DNA of 64,000 bases. It comes from Phycisphaeraceae bacterium. GTDB taxonomy: Bacteria; Planctomycetota; Phycisphaerae; Phycisphaerales; Phycisphaeraceae. A program made the position numbers and the translations under genes. How positions within the stretch are numbered: the stretch's first letter is position 1; each line of letters opens with the position of its first letter. Location of the stretch: NCBI GenBank assembly GCA_963674705.1, contig OY771506.1, forward strand, positions 4,320,001 through 4,384,000, read 5' to 3'. This document shows, one piece after another, positions 61,415-64,000 of this stretch. The notes beneath the pieces are model-generated. The model did not search any database, had not been told where the DNA came from, and saw only the letters and a list, made by a program, of their open reading frames with translations.

Positions 61415-61549
61415 TTAACCGAAGAAACTCAAGATACGCCCAAAAATCATTGGCAGGAAAAACAGCGAGACCGGCACAACAACCAAAATGCCGAATACGA
61501 TCAGAAAAACCTTAACTGCTTTTTCGCCTTCGCTGCCGGGTCTTGGCAT
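61415..61549 (-). CDS. 44-aa small membrane protein (below the ORF-track cutoff)
   Basis: AGGGGG RBS; MPRPGSEGEKAVKVFLIVFGILVVVPVSLFFLPMIFGRILSFFG. Confidence 0.55.
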   Translation of the reverse strand: MPRPGSEGEKAVKVFLIVFGILVVVPVSLFFLPMIFGRILSFFG

Positions 61550-61804
61550 GTAGGCCCCCTATCTTTGCGGGAAATGATATCAGATATAGATATGCCAATA
61601 ATGGGAATCAGGCGGGGCTGCTAGCCAGGAAACCGGCAGCAAGCTGCCGGGCTAAACGGGGATGGGGCTTAAATTTGGGGGTACTGAATGGTTCGCCACC
61701 TTGCCGATTTGTCGATCCGGGTGCGGGCGGGTATTCTACGGTGTTCCGGTGGGTTGTACCTCTTGACCAGAACACGAGTTAATTAATCAGGGGCTTGGAG
61801 CTAA

Positions 61805-62740
61805 ATGAGCGACGCTCAAGGCATGGCGATCATGGAACCAGAAGTCCGCGACACAACAACCAGTCAGAAGTTTTACGACAAGGCATTCGAGGCCGAGAAG
61901 GCCGGCGAAGTCCTGGCGGCGATCGAAGCGTACGAAGCGGCTTACACGGCCGATCCGGACGATCCGCGCGTCTGCTTCCGCCTGGCATACAACCTCGACC
62001 TCGTCGGCGAAGAAGACGAAGCCCTGCACCTCTACGAAGAGGCATCGCGGGCGGAGCGTCCTTCACTCAACGCGCTGATCAACCTGGCGGTGTTGTATGA
62101 AGACCGCGGCCAGTACAGCCAGGCGGAGCGCTGCCTGAAGCAGGTGCTGGCGACCGAGCCGAACCATCCGCGTGCGAGGCTCTTCATCAAGGACGTGATG
62201 GCAAGCAAGGCCATGATGTTCAACGATGAAGAAGAGAAGCAGTTGGAGAAGCATGCGGCGATGCTCGACACGCCGGTGACAGACTTCGAATTGAGTGTCC
62301 GCACACGCAACGCGCTGCGCAAGATGAACATCCGCACGCTGGGCGATCTGCTGCATCACACCGAAGCAGAATTGCGCAGCTTCAAGAACTTCGGCGATGC
62401 GAGCCTGGACGAGATCAAGGCGATGCTCGCGCAGAAGGGTCTGAAGCTCGGGCAGGCTGCCGAGCAACAGCGCGAAGCGGTCAAGCAGCAGGTGTACGAT
62501 CAGTTGACCGATGCCGGCGGTGATTCGGAAATCCTCAGCAAGTCCGTCAACGAGATGGACCTGTCGGTGCGTGCCCGCAAGGCGCTGGCGTTATTGAACG
62601 TGAGCGTGATCGGCGACCTGGTGCTGAAGACCGAGGCCGAGCTGATGGGCGTGAAGAACTTCGGCATGACCAGCCTGACCGAGATCAAGCAGTGCCTGGA
62701 AGACATGGGCCTGGGCCTGCGTAAGCTGGAAGTGGAGTGA
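61805..62740 (+). CDS. TPR-repeat protein with two RNA polymerase alpha C-terminal domains
   Basis: Three TPR-like repeats; PVTDFELSVRTRNAL..NI.TLGDL...KNFG..SL.EI and a second LSVRARKAL...KNFG..SL.EI. Confidence 0.9.
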   Translation: MSDAQGMAIMEPEVRDTTTSQKFYDKAFEAEKAGEVLAAIEAYEAAYTADPDDPRVCFRLAYNLDLVGEEDEALHLYEEASRAERPSLNALINLAVLYEDRGQYSQAERCLKQVLATEPNHPRARLFIKDVMASKAMMFNDEEEKQLEKHAAMLDTPVTDFELSVRTRNALRKMNIRTLGDLLHHTEAELRSFKNFGDASLDEIKAMLAQKGLKLGQAAEQQREAVKQQVYDQLTDAGGDSEILSKSVNEMDLSVRARKALALLNVSVIGDLVLKTEAELMGVKNFGMTSLTEIKQCLEDMGLGLRKLEVE

Positions 62741-62951
62741 TGTCCCCGGCCGGTCTGGATGGCCGGCTGATACGAAAAGGGGAGCGGAGTTAAGGGCCCA
62801 AGCCCCCCGCTTTCACCGAAATTACCCAACCTCACGCGCGCCGCTCAGTCATGGGCGGCGTTATTTTTTAAAAGTTTGTTTTCGGGTTGCATCCGGGCCT
62901 TGAATGCGTGAAACTGTGTGGCTCAATTGTCCCGTCACCTGGAGTCGAAAC

Positions 62952-63935
62952 ATGGCCAGTAAAGCCCCTTGGATTACGTACCGCCCCGAACTGAAAGTCC
63001 TGGATTGCACCGTCCGTGACGGTGGTTTGATGAACAACCACAAGTTCACCGATGAGTTTGTTCGTGCGACGTATCAGACCTGCATCGCAGCGGGTATCGA
63101 CTACATGGAGATCGGGTACAAAAACTCTCGCAAACAGTTTTCGCCGGACGAGTATGGGCCCTGGAAGTTCAGCGATGAGGAAGACATGCGTCGGATCGTC
63201 GGTGACCATGATCCCGTCGCAACCGGTTTGAAGCTGACCGCGATGGCGGATGCCGGCAAGAGCGACTGGAAGACGCAGATCATCCCGGCCGACCAGAGCG
63301 TGCTGAGCATGATTCGCGTGGCGTGCTACGTGCACCAGATCCCCGAAGCGATCGACATGCTGCACCACTGCCATGAGATGGGTTACGAGACGGCGTGCAA
63401 CATCATGGCGATCTCGGGTGTGCAGGAAGTCGAAATCGACCAGGCGCTCGAAGAGGTCGCGCCGAGCCCGGCACAGGTCGTCGTGATCGTCGACAGCTTC
63501 GGCGCGCTGTACCGTGAACAGATCGACTACCTCTACAAGAAGTACGAAAAGGCGATGGAGGGCACGGGCAAAGAGATCGGCATCCACGCACACAACAACC
63601 TGCAACTCGCGTTCGCCAACACGATCGAAGCGATCATCCTCGGCTGCAACCGTGCGGACTCAACGCTCGACGGCTTCGGCCGCGGCGCGGGCAACTGCCC
63701 CACCGAACTGCTGCTTGGCTTCCTGAAGAACCCGAAGTTCAAGCTCAAGCCCGTGTACGAGATGATTCAGAAGCACGTGATGCCGTTGAAGAAAAATGTG
63801 AGTTGGGGCCCGAACCTGGCGTACAACCTCACCGGCAAATACAACCGCCACCCGCGCTCAGCCATGCAGTGGCTTGATAGCGACAAGGCGGACGACTTTG
63901 TCGGGTTCTACGATCAGTTTATCAGTGATGTGTGA
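62952..63935 (+). CDS. HMGL-like (DRE-TIM) aldolase, 4-hydroxy-2-oxovalerate aldolase-related
   Basis: LDCTVRDGG, VDSFG, IHAHNN, GRGAGN. Confidence 0.85.
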   Translation: MASKAPWITYRPELKVLDCTVRDGGLMNNHKFTDEFVRATYQTCIAAGIDYMEIGYKNSRKQFSPDEYGPWKFSDEEDMRRIVGDHDPVATGLKLTAMADAGKSDWKTQIIPADQSVLSMIRVACYVHQIPEAIDMLHHCHEMGYETACNIMAISGVQEVEIDQALEEVAPSPAQVVVIVDSFGALYREQIDYLYKKYEKAMEGTGKEIGIHAHNNLQLAFANTIEAIILGCNRADSTLDGFGRGAGNCPTELLLGFLKNPKFKLKPVYEMIQKHVMPLKKNVSWGPNLAYNLTGKYNRHPRSAMQWLDSDKADDFVGFYDQFISDV

Positions 63936-64000
63936 TTTAGAATTTTGGGTGCGAGCCATTAGCCGTTAGCCCTTAGCCATTAGCAATAAAATGCGATACC

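Overview
Core-chromosome window of a high-GC bacterium. Its gene content (H-X9-DG/DUF1559-type prepilin-like paralogues, PEP-CTERM proteins, a TPR + RNAP alpha-CTD protein, a CxxCGYNL zinc-ribbon membrane protein) suggests Planctomycetota, probably Phycisphaerae; this is an inference. It holds three tRNAs (Phe-GAA, Thr-CGT, Thr-TGT) and housekeeping genes (aat, lemA/M48, rho, coaE, lipB, lpxA, comEC). There is a 16-kb type IV pilus/T2SS-like locus (pilB, pilT, a second pilB, pilC, six pilin-like genes including a 1222-aa PilX/GspK-like protein) and a tandem array of four H-X9-DG prepilin-like genes, each with its own matching promoter. Several peptidoglycan-related genes are present (two Amidase_2, SpoIID-PEP-CTERM, two GHL10/DigH-like, LysM), and two genes are frameshifted. 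The most unusual signal is non-coding: a dense set of short repeat elements built from 7-9-nt units. It includes (i) a dispersed ~85-bp element with a telomere-like G-rich tail of variable length; (ii) cassette-like units at 43.7-45.0 kb whose inverted borders pair with strand-specific G-T wobbles and enclose different cargo; (iii) REP-like hairpins; and (iv) copies inserted in-frame into lipB and a glycosyltransferase. No mobilising enzyme is encoded in the window. All calls come from reading the sequence; no database searches were run.
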